64,000 nt of DNA from Malacoraja senta (Eukaryota). Location: NCBI GenBank assembly GCA_038087875.1, contig JAXLNO010000625.1, positions 62,001 through 126,000 of the forward strand, in the 5' to 3' direction. The position numbers and the translations under genes were made by a program. Shown here one piece after another: positions 51,173 through 63,811 of the stretch (position 1 is its first letter; every line of letters starts with the position of its first letter). The notes beneath the pieces are model-generated. The model saw only the letters and a program-made list of their open reading frames with translations, did no database searches and was not told the DNA's origin.

Positions 51173-51587
51173 TTTCTACATGTCTACAAAGCCCTCAAGG
51201 GGCTTGCCTCCACCTACATAACAAGTCTTCTCACCCACCACTCCACCTCCAGGCCTCTCAGATTGGCCGACTTGGGGTTGCTGAATATTCCGCGGTCTAG
51301 GCATAAGCTCAGGGGCGCCCGCGCCTTTGCGGTTGCAGCCCCTAGACTGTGGAACAGCATCCCCTTTCCCATCAGAACTGCCCCCTCCATCGACTCTTTT
51401 AAGTCAAGACTAAAGACTTATCTATACTCCCAAGCCTTTCCTGACGTCCTCTGAGTGAGGGCTACATGTATATATGTATGTAGTTTGTTTTGTTTGTGCT
51501 ATTCTTATAACAAATGTAAAGCACTTTGGCCAACGAGAGTTGTTTTTTAAATGTGCTATATAAATAAATGTGACTTGACGACTTGTA
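51173..51587 (+). mobile_element. L2-clade LINE 3' end
   Basis: RAFAVAAPRLWNSIP..FKSRLKTYLYSQAF and tail TGTAAAGCACTTTG..TGCTATATAAATAAA. Confidence 0.85.
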
Positions 51588-52522
51588 AGACGCAATATAT
51601 TTCCAATGGAGACACAAGGAACTGCGGATGCTGGAATCTTCAGCAAAGCACAAATTGCTGGAGTAACTAAGAGAGTCAGGCAGCATCTGTCAAGGGAATG
51701 GATGGTTGATGAAGTGCTTTGAGAGGTTGGTTATGGGGCATATCAATTGCTTTAGCAAGAGCCTGGACTAACTACAATTCTCCGACTGTCACAATGGCTC
51801 AATGAGTAATGCGATCTCATAAGAAATAGTGGTAGAATTAGGCACATTCGGCCCATCAAGTCTACTCTGCCATTCAATCATGGCTTATCTATCTCTCCCT
51901 CCCAACCTCATTCTCCTGCCTTCTCCACATAACCTCTGACACCATACTAATCAAGCAACTACCTCTCTGCCTTAAAAATATCCACTGACTTGGCCTCTAC
52001 AGCCTTCTGCGGCAAAGAATTCTACAGATTCACCACTCGTTGGCTCTTTACACTGCACTAGACCATTTGCACAATAGGAACATGTACATCAAATTGTTGT
52101 TCATTTATTGCAGCTCGGATGTTCAACACTATCATCCTCTCCAAACTTATTATCAAACGGTAGTGAGATATTGGGTAGTTGCATCACTGTCTGGTTTGGC
52201 AACGGGACACCCAGGAATGAAGGATATTACTAAATGTGGAGAACACTACCCAGTCCACCATGGGTACTGACCCCCTCGCCATCGAAGGCACTGCCTCAAA
52301 AAGCTCTCATTTCACTCCGACCATGAGGAAGAAGGTAGATGAGTCTGAAAACCATGACCAACATGTTCAAGAAAAGCTTCTTCTCAACAATCATTAGTCT
52401 TGTGAACATGACACAACACTAACTAAACTATGAACAATGGACTGTCTTTTGTTACACCAAGGACTCTGGGCTTATTTTGCACGTATTGATTCTTCAATTG
52501 TTGTCTATGTTATCTTTGAGTA

Positions 52523-53247
52523 TAGTAAACCCTCATTATAATGGGCCATGGGGGAGGGGTGGGGGTGGGTAGTACAATGGTGTTCATTATTGCTGATTGT
52601 CTGCTATAACTGAGTTAGGTATTATCATTGTATGTAGTTGAAACAAGGAGCTGCAGATGCTGGTTAATATACAAAAGGATGTAAAGTGCTGGAGTAACTC
52701 AGCAGGTCAGGCAGCATCTCTGGAAAAGATGGATAAGTGACGTGGGACCCTTCCTCAGTCTGCTAAGTTCCTCCAGCACTTTCTGTCTTTTCACATTAAA
52801 TGTTGGCATCAGCGGGACTTTCTTCTCCAGCTAAACACATGGTCCAGTTGAATTGGCTATTGTTACGGCTCGCATTGTAGCCCCTGGCCAGTAGCTCATT
52901 CTTCAGGCCGCTGCCATGGACAGAATGCGCTCGGTCACCATGGGGCTCCCTCCCCACTCACCAGCTTCTTCCTGTCGGCAATCCCCCCTCCTCCCCACCA
53001 CCAACTGTACTGCCTTCTCCTTCCCCCCCAGAGTTGCTGTCATCTACCAATGTGAACAAAGCTGCAGCTGACAGGCAGGAACTGGTGAGATGGGAGCCCC
53101 CCGGTGTGTGAGCCGCAACATCAGCCGCATCAATCGGATCATGCGGTGGGTGAAGAAGGGCTCGCTGGCGCACCTTGTGCGTCGGCAGGTCCGTGCGTTA
53201 TAACCAAAATCCGTTATAAAGGAGTCCACTAAAATGTGGGTTTATTG
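52523..53247. mobile_element. Tc1/mariner-pogo (Tigger-like) MITE with nested Penelope fragment (~52637-52795)
   Basis: TA-flanked degenerate TIRs TAGTAAACCCTCATTATAATGG / CCACTAAAATGTGGGTTTATTG; subterminal CGTTATAA repeats. Confidence 0.6.
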
Positions 53248-54101
53248 TATTGTGTTAACAGTTCTGTTTTGCTGCTGCAAGTTAGACTGTTATTGTTCCA
53301 TTGTCAGTACACATGACAATTGAACACTCTTGCCCCTCGGTAAGCTCTCAAACTCATCTTCTACCTGTGCAATAAGAGTATTTCCCCTTTAAATCTACAA
53401 AACAAGAGCTGAAGTGGACAGAAATTGCCAGAGTTTAAATTGTCTGTGCCAGCAGCACTTATATATGTGCTCTGTTTACAGTTTAGTGCAATCTATAATA
53501 CCCTGTAAGTACAGTTTTAAGCACAAGGACATCATTTACAATGCCAGCTCTTTGACCTCCATAATGATGGTGTTGAGGTTTACACTGTCCACTGGAATGG
53601 AGTGTGGCTGTGAAGAAATGTTTGTGTTCCTTCTCCATTAATATTAAACCTGCAGAGACGATCAATGAAAGGTGATGTGCAAGAGCTGTTAGAATGGTGT
53701 AGAACAGGCAGATGGTTTGCTTAAGTATGAAGGGTCCCAGTTTCCAAACATTTATTCTGCAAACAGTCTTTGTGACATTCAGGTTTGTAGTTCAAGTTTC
53801 TATCCATCTGGCAACTCCACCTCCCTTTGTAAATCAGGAGGACACGCCTTTAAAAAAAAAAATTAAACACAAGTGTTACCGTAATTAATGATTTTACTTC
53901 GGAGTCACGTGAGTGACTACGTGAAGAACCCCGCCAGTGCGCCTGCGCGTCATTACGTCAGACGCATTGGCGCAAACGGACGCGAGGAGCCTGCTCCTCT
54001 AGTGGAATTGTAGTTTTTAACTACAAGGTAAGTATAAACTTTTTTGGAAGTATTTCCATGTCCGTTTGCTATGGGTTTGTGGGGATTTTTCCACAGGCAC
54101 C

Positions 54102-55270
54102 ATGGAAAAAACTGGCAAGGGGAGGAGGCGAGCGACCCAGCCGGTAGAAAGTCGCGATATTGCGGTCGGCGACCAGCCGCCTCTGACCCCGGTACAGTCG
54201 CCAGCGGTGAGCATAGCGACTGTGGATTTGGGGCTGTAAAGAACGCAGTCAGCGCCAGTCGGGCGCAAGGCGAAGTTCAAATCCAGACGGCCCACGGAGG
54301 AGGAGTCCCAGGCAATGGAGGTAGCTCCAGGGCTGGATACTGCTTTCGAGCGGATATCACAAATGGAAAGCCTCATACACAGGCTTTTGGAAAAAAGCAC
54401 ACTCAGTGAGGAGTGTAGCAAAAGCCAGGCTGCAGAAAGCAGCTCAGCAGCACCTAGCAAAGGGCTGTTGGAATGCACCCTCAGGGATGAGGCGCGTGCC
54501 CCGGGTCATGAGAGTTCAGACCCCGACTCTGACGGTGAGGCTGTTCAAGGCAAAGAAGGGCAGCTGCCAGATATTCCACCTCTGGCAGTACGATTCGCTG
54601 CCCCGTCAGGGTCAGGAGAGCCATTAGGAGAAGAATTGGCCTCCCTAATAAATTACTTGGTTTTCCATCAGCTGGAACAGCAGGAGATGGATGATACTTC
54701 AAGAAAGCACGAGGCTCCAAGTAACTGTGTGTTGTTGAAAGCACCAGCAGTGAATCAAGTGATCTGGAGTCAGATGAGCATGACTATGAGAGCTCAAGAA
54801 GTAAAATTGCAGAGAATATTAAAGCTGCTGGGTTCTGGAATAACTGCTTTTGCCAGAATAACGGATAGAAGCCAGGAGATGACGGAGTTGCATCAGGAAG
54901 CACTGGGGTTGCTATGCAGCGCCCACTTCGAGATCAATTGTCTGAGGAAGGGTGCTATTCGGCCTACTATCAATCCGAAATTCGCAGCACTCTGCAAACC
55001 AAGTAAGATACAATTACCCAACTTACTCTTTGGAGAGGATCTCGGGAGACGTATTAAGGAGTTGGAGGATGAAGCGAAAACAGCTGGATTGATGAAAACA
55101 TCAATGGTTGGAAAGTCTGTAAAGAGGAGGTATCCTTTCAGACGTCATACTGATCCTGGACCAGGACCAAGTCGCTCATCATCGCAGGGACGTAGCTGGC
55201 GACCTGCAGCTGGAGCAAGAACCGGTGTGGGTCCACCCGGGAGAATCCAGGGACCACAGGGCACTCAAAT
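54102..55270 (+). pseudogene. gag: DIRS gag (Kozak GCACCATGG start; premature TAA at 54237)
   Basis: In frame with ORF 54315; N-terminus aligns with copy B gag (GRKAKFKSRRP vs GGKAKRKSERP). Confidence 0.85.
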
Positions 55271-57209
55271 GACTCAAGAGGTAGGTGGACCTGGTTCTCA
55301 TGGGAACATACTAACGGGATTAACCCCAAAAGTTGGAGGCAGATTACATCTCTTCTATAACAATTGGAAGAAGATTACTTCAGATGTGGTAATTCTGAAT
55401 AGTATACAAGGATTTCGAATTGAATTCAATCCAAATTATGATTTGCCTGTCCAGCATGTTCCTAGCAGAATTCTCCACTTTGCACAAAAAGAAGTAATGG
55501 AGGTTTAATCTGCACTTGAAAACCTATATAATAAAGGTGTTATTGAAAAATCAATTTACCAAACTCACCAATTTGTGTCAAATGTATTCCCTCGATCAAA
55601 AAAGGATGGAGGATGTAGGATTATTCTAGACTTGACAAGTCTGAATCCTTTTGTTCAGTTTAGACATATTAAAATGGAAACGTTTGTGACTGCCAAGCAG
55701 CTTATTTCAGAAGCATGTTATATGGCAACTATAGATCTAAAAGATGCATATTATTCAGTGTCTGTTCATTTGGAAGATAGGAAGTATCTTAAATTTACCT
55801 GGATGAACCAGTTATGGCAGTTTAAAGCTCTGACTAATGGGTTAACTTCAGCTCCCAGAATACTCACCAAATTGTTAAAACCAATTTTGGGGTTGCTGAG
55901 AAGCCAGGGGCATGTACTAATGGCATACTTGGATGATGTCCTGATTATAGGAAGGACAAAGGAGTCAACAGAATCATCTGTTTCAGTTGTGAAATCCACT
56001 TTTGAAAGTTTGGGGTTTCTAATTCATCCAAAGAAATCAAGGTTAATACCATGTACCTCAATTGATTATTTAGGGTTCACAATTGATTCAGTTTAAATGA
56101 AAATTACTTTGCCCAGAGAAAAAAGGGTGGAGTTGATTGAAGATTGCAGTAATCTGCTAAACGAGCAAAAACCTTCAATCAGACAGGTGGCTAGATTACT
56201 GGGAAAATTAGTAGCAGCATTCCCAGCAGTCCAATACGGGCCATTACATTATCAACAGCTGCAGAGAATTAAAGAACAGGCACTGAGGATGCATGCTGGT
56301 CATTTTGATAGAACCATGCAACTAACAACAAATGCTGTTTCTGATCTGCAGTGGTGGATTCTACATGTCTCAAGCAGTTTCAGCAAAGTACTGATTGAAC
56401 AACCTTCCATGATATTACAAACTGATGCCAGTGCACTAGGATGGGGTGCAACTGACTTAGCATCCAGCTGCGGAGGCAGATGGAATTAGAAAGAGTCATT
56501 GTTACTGCAGACATGGGGAATTAACTATTTGGAGCTTTTAGGATGTTTCTATGGACTCCAAGCTTACTGTTATAACACAACTAATCTGCATGTTCAAGTT
56601 CAAATTGATAACACAACAGCAGTTGCCTATATTAATCATATGGGTGGAATCAAGTCGGTGTCATGTGACAAAATGGCTAATCAAATTTGGTCTTGGTGTA
56701 TCGAAAATAATATTTGGATTTCAGCTATTCATCTACCAGGTAGATTGAATACGATAGCAGACACCAGGTCAAGAAAGTTCCATGATAATAAAGAATGGAT
56801 GTTAAATCAAGAGGTATTCAATGACATAATAATCAGATTTGAAATGCCAGACATCGACTTGTTCGCATCTAGACTAAATCATCAACTATCGAGATATGTC
56901 TCATGGAAACCAGATCCAGGAGCAGTAGCGGTTGATGCTTTCTCGCAACATTGGGGTGGTATGTTTTTATATGCATTTCCACCTTTCTGCCTCATAAGCC
57001 GATGTTTGCTTAAAATCAGGCAAGATGCTGCTTCAGGGGTACTAGTGGTACCAGACTGGCCTACACAGCCATGGTATCCTTTAATATTAGAATTAACGAC
57101 ACAGACTTTGATGAAAGTCCCCAAAAGAAGCAATCTACTGCTGCACCCAGTGACAGGGGAACAACATCCATTATATGATCGTTTGGATTTGTTGATTTGC
57201 AGGTTTTAA
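55270..57209 (+). pseudogene. pol: DIRS RT-RNase H-Dam-like methyltransferase ORF with in-frame stops at 55506, 56094 and 56487
   Basis: IDLKDAY, YLDD, TDAS, INYLEL, DNTTA; MTase DLFAS and YAFPPF. Confidence 0.92.
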
Positions 57210-58176
57210 GAAGGCCTTTTCTGGGACGAGGACTGTCTGAGCATACTGTGGACATGCTTACGGCAGCCTGGAGGAAGAGCACTCAAAAACAGTACCTTTC
57301 TTATATTAAGAGATGGGAAGAGTTCTGTGTACAAAAGAATGTTGAATATAGTACGGCAGATATTTCAAATGTTTTAGAATTTCTGTCAACACTTTATTAT
57401 GATGAAGGCTTGAGTTATAGTGTGATTAATTCAGCCAGAAGTGCATTGTCCTCATATTTGGTTGTGGATTCAGAAAGAAATCCAATTGGGTCTCACCCAC
57501 TTGTCTCCAGACTAATGAAAGGAATTTTTAATTCCAGACCTCCTAAGCCGAGGTACATGACAATCTGGGATGTGAGTGTGGTTCTGAAACTACTTCGTGA
57601 ATGGTCACCAAGTGTGTCTTTACCTTTGGCCCAACTCAGTATGAAAGTGGTCATGCTTATGGCATTAGTGACAGCACAACGAGTGCAGACATTCCAAAAA
57701 TTACAAATAGATAGGTTGGAAGTAACTGAAGATAATGTTACGTATAATATTTATGACCTACTAAAGCAAAGTAGGCCAGGTGTGACAGGATTTAAAATTG
57801 TGCTAGCAGCATATCCAAATGATCCTTGTCTCTGTATTAAGGCATATTTGTTACAATACATTGAGGTCACAAGGGTTTGAGAAATACGGAAACTGGGTTG
57901 TTTATCACACACAAGAAACCACACACAAGAGTCTCAGTACAGACTATTTCAAGATGGTTAAAAGAAGTCTTAACAGCTGCTGGTATTAACACTGATGTTT
58001 TTACGTCTCACTCGACTAGGGCAGCAGCAACGTCGGCGGCCAGGGTGAAAGACGTCCCCGTCGACCATATTCTCACAGCCGCCGGGTGGTCCAATGAGTT
58101 GATGTTTCAACAGTTTTACCATCGGCCTATTGTTAATGCGGGATTGCTTGCAGAAACTATTTTAAGTTCTGTGTAA
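57197..58176 (+). pseudogene. DIRS tyrosine recombinase, one frameshift at ~57877
   Basis: Catalytic R (TAQR), HSTR, AGW and FY motifs. Confidence 0.92.
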
Positions 58177-59087
58177 ATTCCTCTGGTTTAAAGGGGATCT
58201 GATTAATTTTCATTATTAAAATAAATGAATTACTGCATTTGTGGTACAAATGTTATTATTAATGCATTATTGATTATTTCTCGTTCCGAGTCAATCAATG
58301 CAGTGAGAAGCCGGGATTTGTCTGCGGCATGAAATCACAAAGCTTTAAAATCTTCACGTAGTCACTCACGTGACTCCGAAGTAAAATATTAAGATTAAAC
58401 GAGAACTTACCAGTTTGAAGTTTGATCTTTATTTTATGAGGAGTTACGTTGGTGATTACGTGCCCACCACGGCCCAACCCTCTATCATAAAGGTCAGATG
58501 GAAGTTCTTGAATTACTCGTTTTATTATGCTACTATATTACTTCGTTTGTTGTTTTTTGTGATTTCACACCACTGCTTTGAAGATTGACGCGCAGGCGCA
58601 CTGGCGGGGTTCTTCACGTAATCACCAACGTAACTCCTCATAAAATAAAGATCAAACTTCAAACTGGTAAGTTCTCGTTTAATCTTACTATTATATTTGG
58701 CAGGCTTCTCTCTTGATTTACAGTAACAAAACAAATTCAGGTTTGTGTGAACTAAGTTCTGCTTAAGTTACTGAATGCCAATACTGGAACAATTCTGAAT
58801 CTAATTGGTGCTTCATTCCAGAAATGCAGAAAGTGTCACATTTATTTTCAAAACAATTCATACTTTCACCCAATATAACTAGATTCCTGTATCTAGGAAG
58901 GCAACGTTTCATTTATGGATTCAAAGAGTGTGCTGGGAATGTACATTCCTTGTTACAACTGACCACCTGCTCGAAACATCGATCAAACTTTACAATCTTT
59001 CTTCACTGCCATGTTTCTGTCTGAAGTGCCAACAGCAACCTGATATGTAATTTTCACAAATGACTCGGGCTGAAGTGTTCAGTAATG

Positions 59088-60092
59088 TGTTTAGTTCAGA
59101 GAAACAGCGCGGAAACAGGCCCTTCAGCCCACCAAGTCCGCACCGACCAGCGATTCCCGCACATTAATACTATCCTACATACACTAGGGACAATTTACAC
59201 ATACACCAAGCCAATTAACCTACAAACCTGTGCGTCTTTGGAAGGTGGGAGGAAACCGAAGATCTCGGAGAAAACCCACGCGGTCACGGGGAGAATGTAC
59301 AAACTCCATACAGACAGCACCCGTAGTCAGGAGTGAACCCAGGTCTCTGGCGCTGCAAGCGCTGTAAAGCCCCTGTCCCACTTATGTGTCCTTGGCACGC
59401 TAATTACGCGACCTCGTGGTCACGTTGAGGCGCGACGGTCCCGCGAAGGTCTCGTGCGATTTCATGTGCCTGCACAGCCGTCTGGAGCGCGTGACGTCAT
59501 TTGAAGATGGACACAAAATTGTGGAGTAACTCAGCGGGACCGGCAGCATCTCTGGAGAGAAGCAATGGGTGATGTTTCGGGTCGAGACTCTTCTTCAGTG
59601 TGAAAGAAGGGTCTTGACCCAAAACGTCATCCATTCCTTCTCCCCAGAGATGCTGCCGGTCCCGCTGAGTTATTCCAGCATTTTGTGTCTATCTTCAATT
59701 TTCTTGGCCCTGCTCTGGGAGTGGAAGTGGGGGTGGATCTGGACCGCAACAGCCGTGAGCCCCAGGCCGAGCTCGGCGATCGTTTGCCTGCTTCTGCTGC
59801 TGTTGGAGGTGAGACGTTGCATCGCGCCAGGGTCTTGGGCCTGTCCCACTTGGCCGTCAGTTCCGCGACAGGCCGGTGGCGCGCAAAGATTTCGTTCACT
59901 ACAAAATTTCGGAGTGATGTCGCGCACAACTACATACCCCACCGCGCTTCTCAGTGGGACCGGCCCCACGCGGCCACACTATGCCCATGCGCCTCAACGC
60001 GACGATGAGGTCGCGTAATTTGCGTGCCAAGGGCACATAAGTGGGACAGGGCCTTAAGGCAGCAACTCTACCACTGTGTCACCGTTGCCACC
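59088..60092 (-). mobile_element. HE1-type SINE split by a Harbinger MITE
   Basis: SINE sequence GCGCTG-TAA-GGCAGCAACTC is split at TAA. Confidence 0.85.
59368..60054. mobile_element. Composite PIF/Harbinger MITE carrying a palindromic Penelope fragment and an inner TIR pair
   Basis: TAA TSD (59365-67 / 60055-57); ~60-bp TIRs AGCCCCTGTCCCACTTATGTG..; inner TIRs at ~59837 and ~59966. Confidence 0.88.
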
Positions 60093-60647
60093 CTTTTGCT
60101 CTTTTGGTGAATTCTGTTTAATGTGCAGGGTCTTTCATTTTCTCTTTTTATTATGATACATGTTCTATCTAGGCATGGTATGTTTGGTGAACAATTTGCT
60201 CAGTTGTTAATAGGTTTTTCAGATTCTATTCCTTATCCAATATATCCTTGTTATTCCCTGTTTTCTTTTTTGCCAATCTTGCCATTCATGTTAAGAGTTC
60301 AGACAAATATGGGTGACATTTAAATAAGAATTTCATCAATGTAATGTAATTGGCAGTGGAGCCTATATTTGGAGATACAAAGTAGAGCATTAGATCATCA
60401 TGTAGCAATGTACAATTATTTACAGCAATCCTCATTTCTTCCCTTAGCATATTCTTTAAATTGAACATGTTTTTCTACATTTTCCTGCTGAAATTTTCCT
60501 GCAGAATATTAAAATATACTGACTTCCCCATGCCTCTTTTTGGGAGTGGACTTCTTAACTAAATTGTTATGCTATAACTGTAAATTGTTATGTCCCAGAT
60601 AGAACAATGAAATCCTTACTTACAGCAGCACAACAGAATATGTAAAA

Positions 60648-60674
60648 ACACACACACACACACACACACACACA
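60648..60674. repeat. (CA)n microsatellite
   Basis: Direct inspection. Confidence 0.9.
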
Positions 60675-61403
60675 TAAAAATAAACAACAATAGTGCAATA
60701 ACAACAATAATGGTCTATGTAGTTCAGAGCTTATTTGAGGTTGTAATGTTTAATAGTCTAATGGCTGTAGGGCTATTGGGCAACGTATTTCCCTATTATT
60801 TTTTTTTACAGTTATCTGAAGGACCACTAAAATCAATTGTCTTAACTCCTTGAATCTATTGTGGACATGGCACAATTGATGAGTACTAGCATGTATGTGA
60901 CAAATGTAAGGTCCAATATAATTTGTTCAAAACAAGCCCTCAATTAAGCATCATTGTGAACAAATCTAAACACATGAGCACACTATTAATAGAACTGCAC
61001 ACACATTCCTATGAATGCGATCAAATATAAAATAAATATAACAATATATTTCATGCATGTGATTAGTAACAACTATAGACATCATAAATATATCAGATAT
61101 CAACTGCTATTGAAGAAACATTTTGAGGTATGGATTGATAGCAATAATTCTAATGTAGTAGGTATCTCCGTGAGCAATATCATAGAAACATAGAAAATAG
61201 GTGCAGGAGGAGGCCATTCGGCCCTTCGAGACAGCACCGCCATTCATTGCGATCATGGCTGATCGTCCCCAATCAATAACCCATGCCTGCCTTCTCCCCA
61301 TATCCCTTGACTCCACTAGCCCCTAGAGCTCTATCCAACTCTCTCTTAAATCATGGTATGAATAATTCATGCATAAGTACCAAAGGCATTTTATAAAAGA
61401 GAA

Positions 61404-63205
61404 ATAACCATATAACCATAACAGCACGGAAACAGACCATCTCGGCCCTTCAAGTCCGTGCTGAACACTTTTTTTTTTCATAACTTCCCCCTAGTCCCAT
61501 CTACCTGCACTCAGACCATAACCCTCCATTCCTTTCCCGACTATATACCTATCCAATCTATTTTTAAAGGATCAAATCGAACCTGCCTCCACCACTTCCA
61601 CTGGAAGCTCATTCCACACAGCTACCACTCTCTGAGTAAAGAAGTTCCCCCTAATGTTACCCCTAAACTTCTGTCCCTTAATTCTCAAGTTATGTCCCCT
61701 TGTTTGAATCTTCCCTACTCTCAATGGGAAAAGCTTATCCACGTCCACTCTGTCTAACCCACTCATAATTTTAAAGACCTCTATCAAGTCCCCTCTTAAC
61801 CTTCTGCGCTCCAATGAATAAAGACCTAACTTGTTCAACCTTTCTCTGTAACTTAGTTGCTGAAACCCAGGCAACATTCTAGTAAATCTCCTCTGTACTC
61901 TCTCTATTTTGTTGACATCCTTCCTATAATTAGGTGACCAAAATTGTACTCCATACTCCAGAATTGGCCTCACCAATGCCTTGTACAATTTTAACATTAC
62001 ATCCCAACTTCTATATTCAATGCTCTGATTTATAAAGGCCAGCACACCAAAAGCTTTCTTTACCACCCTATCTACATGAGATTCCACCTTCAGGGAACTA
62101 TGCACAGTTATTCCTAGATCCCTCTGTTCAACTGCATTCCTCAATTCGCTACCATTTACCATGTACGTCCTATTTTGATTTGTCCTGCCGAGATGTAGCA
62201 CCTCACATTTATCAGCATTAAACTCCATCTGCCATCTTTCAGCCCACTCTTCCAAATGGCCTAAATCTCTCTGTAGACTTTGAAAATCTACTTCATTATC
62301 ACAACACCACCTATCTTAGTATCATCTGCATACTTACTAATCCAATTTTCCACACCGTCATCCAGATCATTGATGTACATGACAAACAACAGTGGACCCA
62401 ACACAGACCCCTGAGGCACCCCACTAGTCACTGGCCTCCAACCTGACAAACAGCCATCCACCATTACTCTCTGGCATCTCCCATTCAGCCACTGTTGAAT
62501 CCATCTTGCTACTCCACCATTAATACCCAACAATTGAATCTTCTTAACCAACCTTCCATGATGAACCTTGTCAAAGGCCTTACTGAAGTCCATATAGACA
62601 ACATCCACTGCTTTACCCTCATCAATTTCCCTAGTAACCTCTTCGAAAATTTCAAGAAGATTAGTCAAACATGACCTTCCAGGCACAAATCCATGTTGAC
62701 TGTTCCTAATCAGACCCTGCTTATCCAGATGCTTATATATATTATCTTTAAGTATCCTTTCCATTAATTTGCCCACCACTGACGTCAAACTAACAGGTCT
62801 ATAATTGCTAGGTTTACTCTTAGAACCCTTTTTAAACAACGGAACAACATGCGCAGTACGCCAATCCTCCGGCACTATTCCCGTTTCTAATGACATTTGA
62901 AATATTTCTGTCATAGCCCCTGCTATTTCTACACTAACTTCCCTCAATGTCCTAGGGATTATCCTGTCAGGACCTGGAGACTTATCCGTTTTCATATTTT
63001 TCAAAAGTGTCCGCACCTCCTCTTCTTTGAATCTTATAGTTTCCATTGCGACTCTGCTTGTTTCCCTTACATAATTCCATATCCGTCTCCTTGGTGAATA
63101 CCGAAGAAAAGAAATTGTTCAATATCTCCCCCATCTCTTTTGGCTCTGCAGATAGCTGTCCACTCTGACTCTCTAATGGACCAATTTTATTCCTTGTTAT
63201 CCTTT
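61404..63205 (-). mobile_element. CR1-clade LINE, 5'-truncated, RT region well preserved (one frameshift at ~62290)
   Basis: [36 protein letters not shown] in ORFs 62288..63046 and 61572..62255. Confidence 0.95.
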
Positions 63206-63261
63206 TAAAATTAATCCTCTCATTTTATGGAGTACAGTATCCCCATTCATTTAACAAACAA

Positions 63262-63733
63262 ATTACGAGGATGTTGCCAGGACTAGAGGGTCTAAGCTTT
63301 AGGGAGACGTTGAGTAGGCTGGGTCTCTATTCCTTGGAGCGCAGGAGGATGAAGGGTGATCTTATAGAGGTGTATATGATCATGAGAGGAATAGATCGGG
63401 TAGATGCACAGAATCTCTTGCCCAGAGTAGGGGAATCGAGGACCAGAGGACATAGGTTCAAGGTGAAGGGTAAAAGATTTTATAGGAATCTGAGCGGTAA
63501 CTTTTTCGCACAAAGTGTGGTGGATGCATGGAACAAGCTGCCAGAGGAAGTAGTTGAGGCAGGGACTATCCCAACGTTTAAGAAACAGTTAGACAGGTAC
63601 AAGGATAGGACAGGTTTGGAGGGATATGGACCAAACGCAGGCAGGTGGGACTAGTGTAGCTGGGACATGTTGGCCGGTGTGGGCAAGTTGGACCGAAGAG
63701 CCTGTTTCCACACTGTATCACTCTGTGACTCTA
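63262..63733 (+). mobile_element. CR1-clade LINE 3' fragment
   Basis: ORF 63271..63654 plus CR1 tail. Confidence 0.9.
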
Positions 63734-63811
63734 AAGTATGATAGAAGCACATTAAAGCACAATGTATGATTATATTGTCCACAGTAATAGTTTACTGGTA
63801 ACAAATAAATA

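Larger units (their letters stand above)
53891..58692 (+). mobile_element. Structurally complete DIRS1-like retrotransposon (copy A)
   Basis: Left ITR 53891-53952, internal complementary region 58351-58462, right ITR plus extension 58586-58692; ATT at both ends. Confidence 0.97.

Noticed and set aside
56499..58176. Prophage or bacterial HGT (Dam methylase plus tyrosine integrase)
   Set aside because: Both are standard DIRS1 domains lying between ITR/ICR termini next to RT and RNase H
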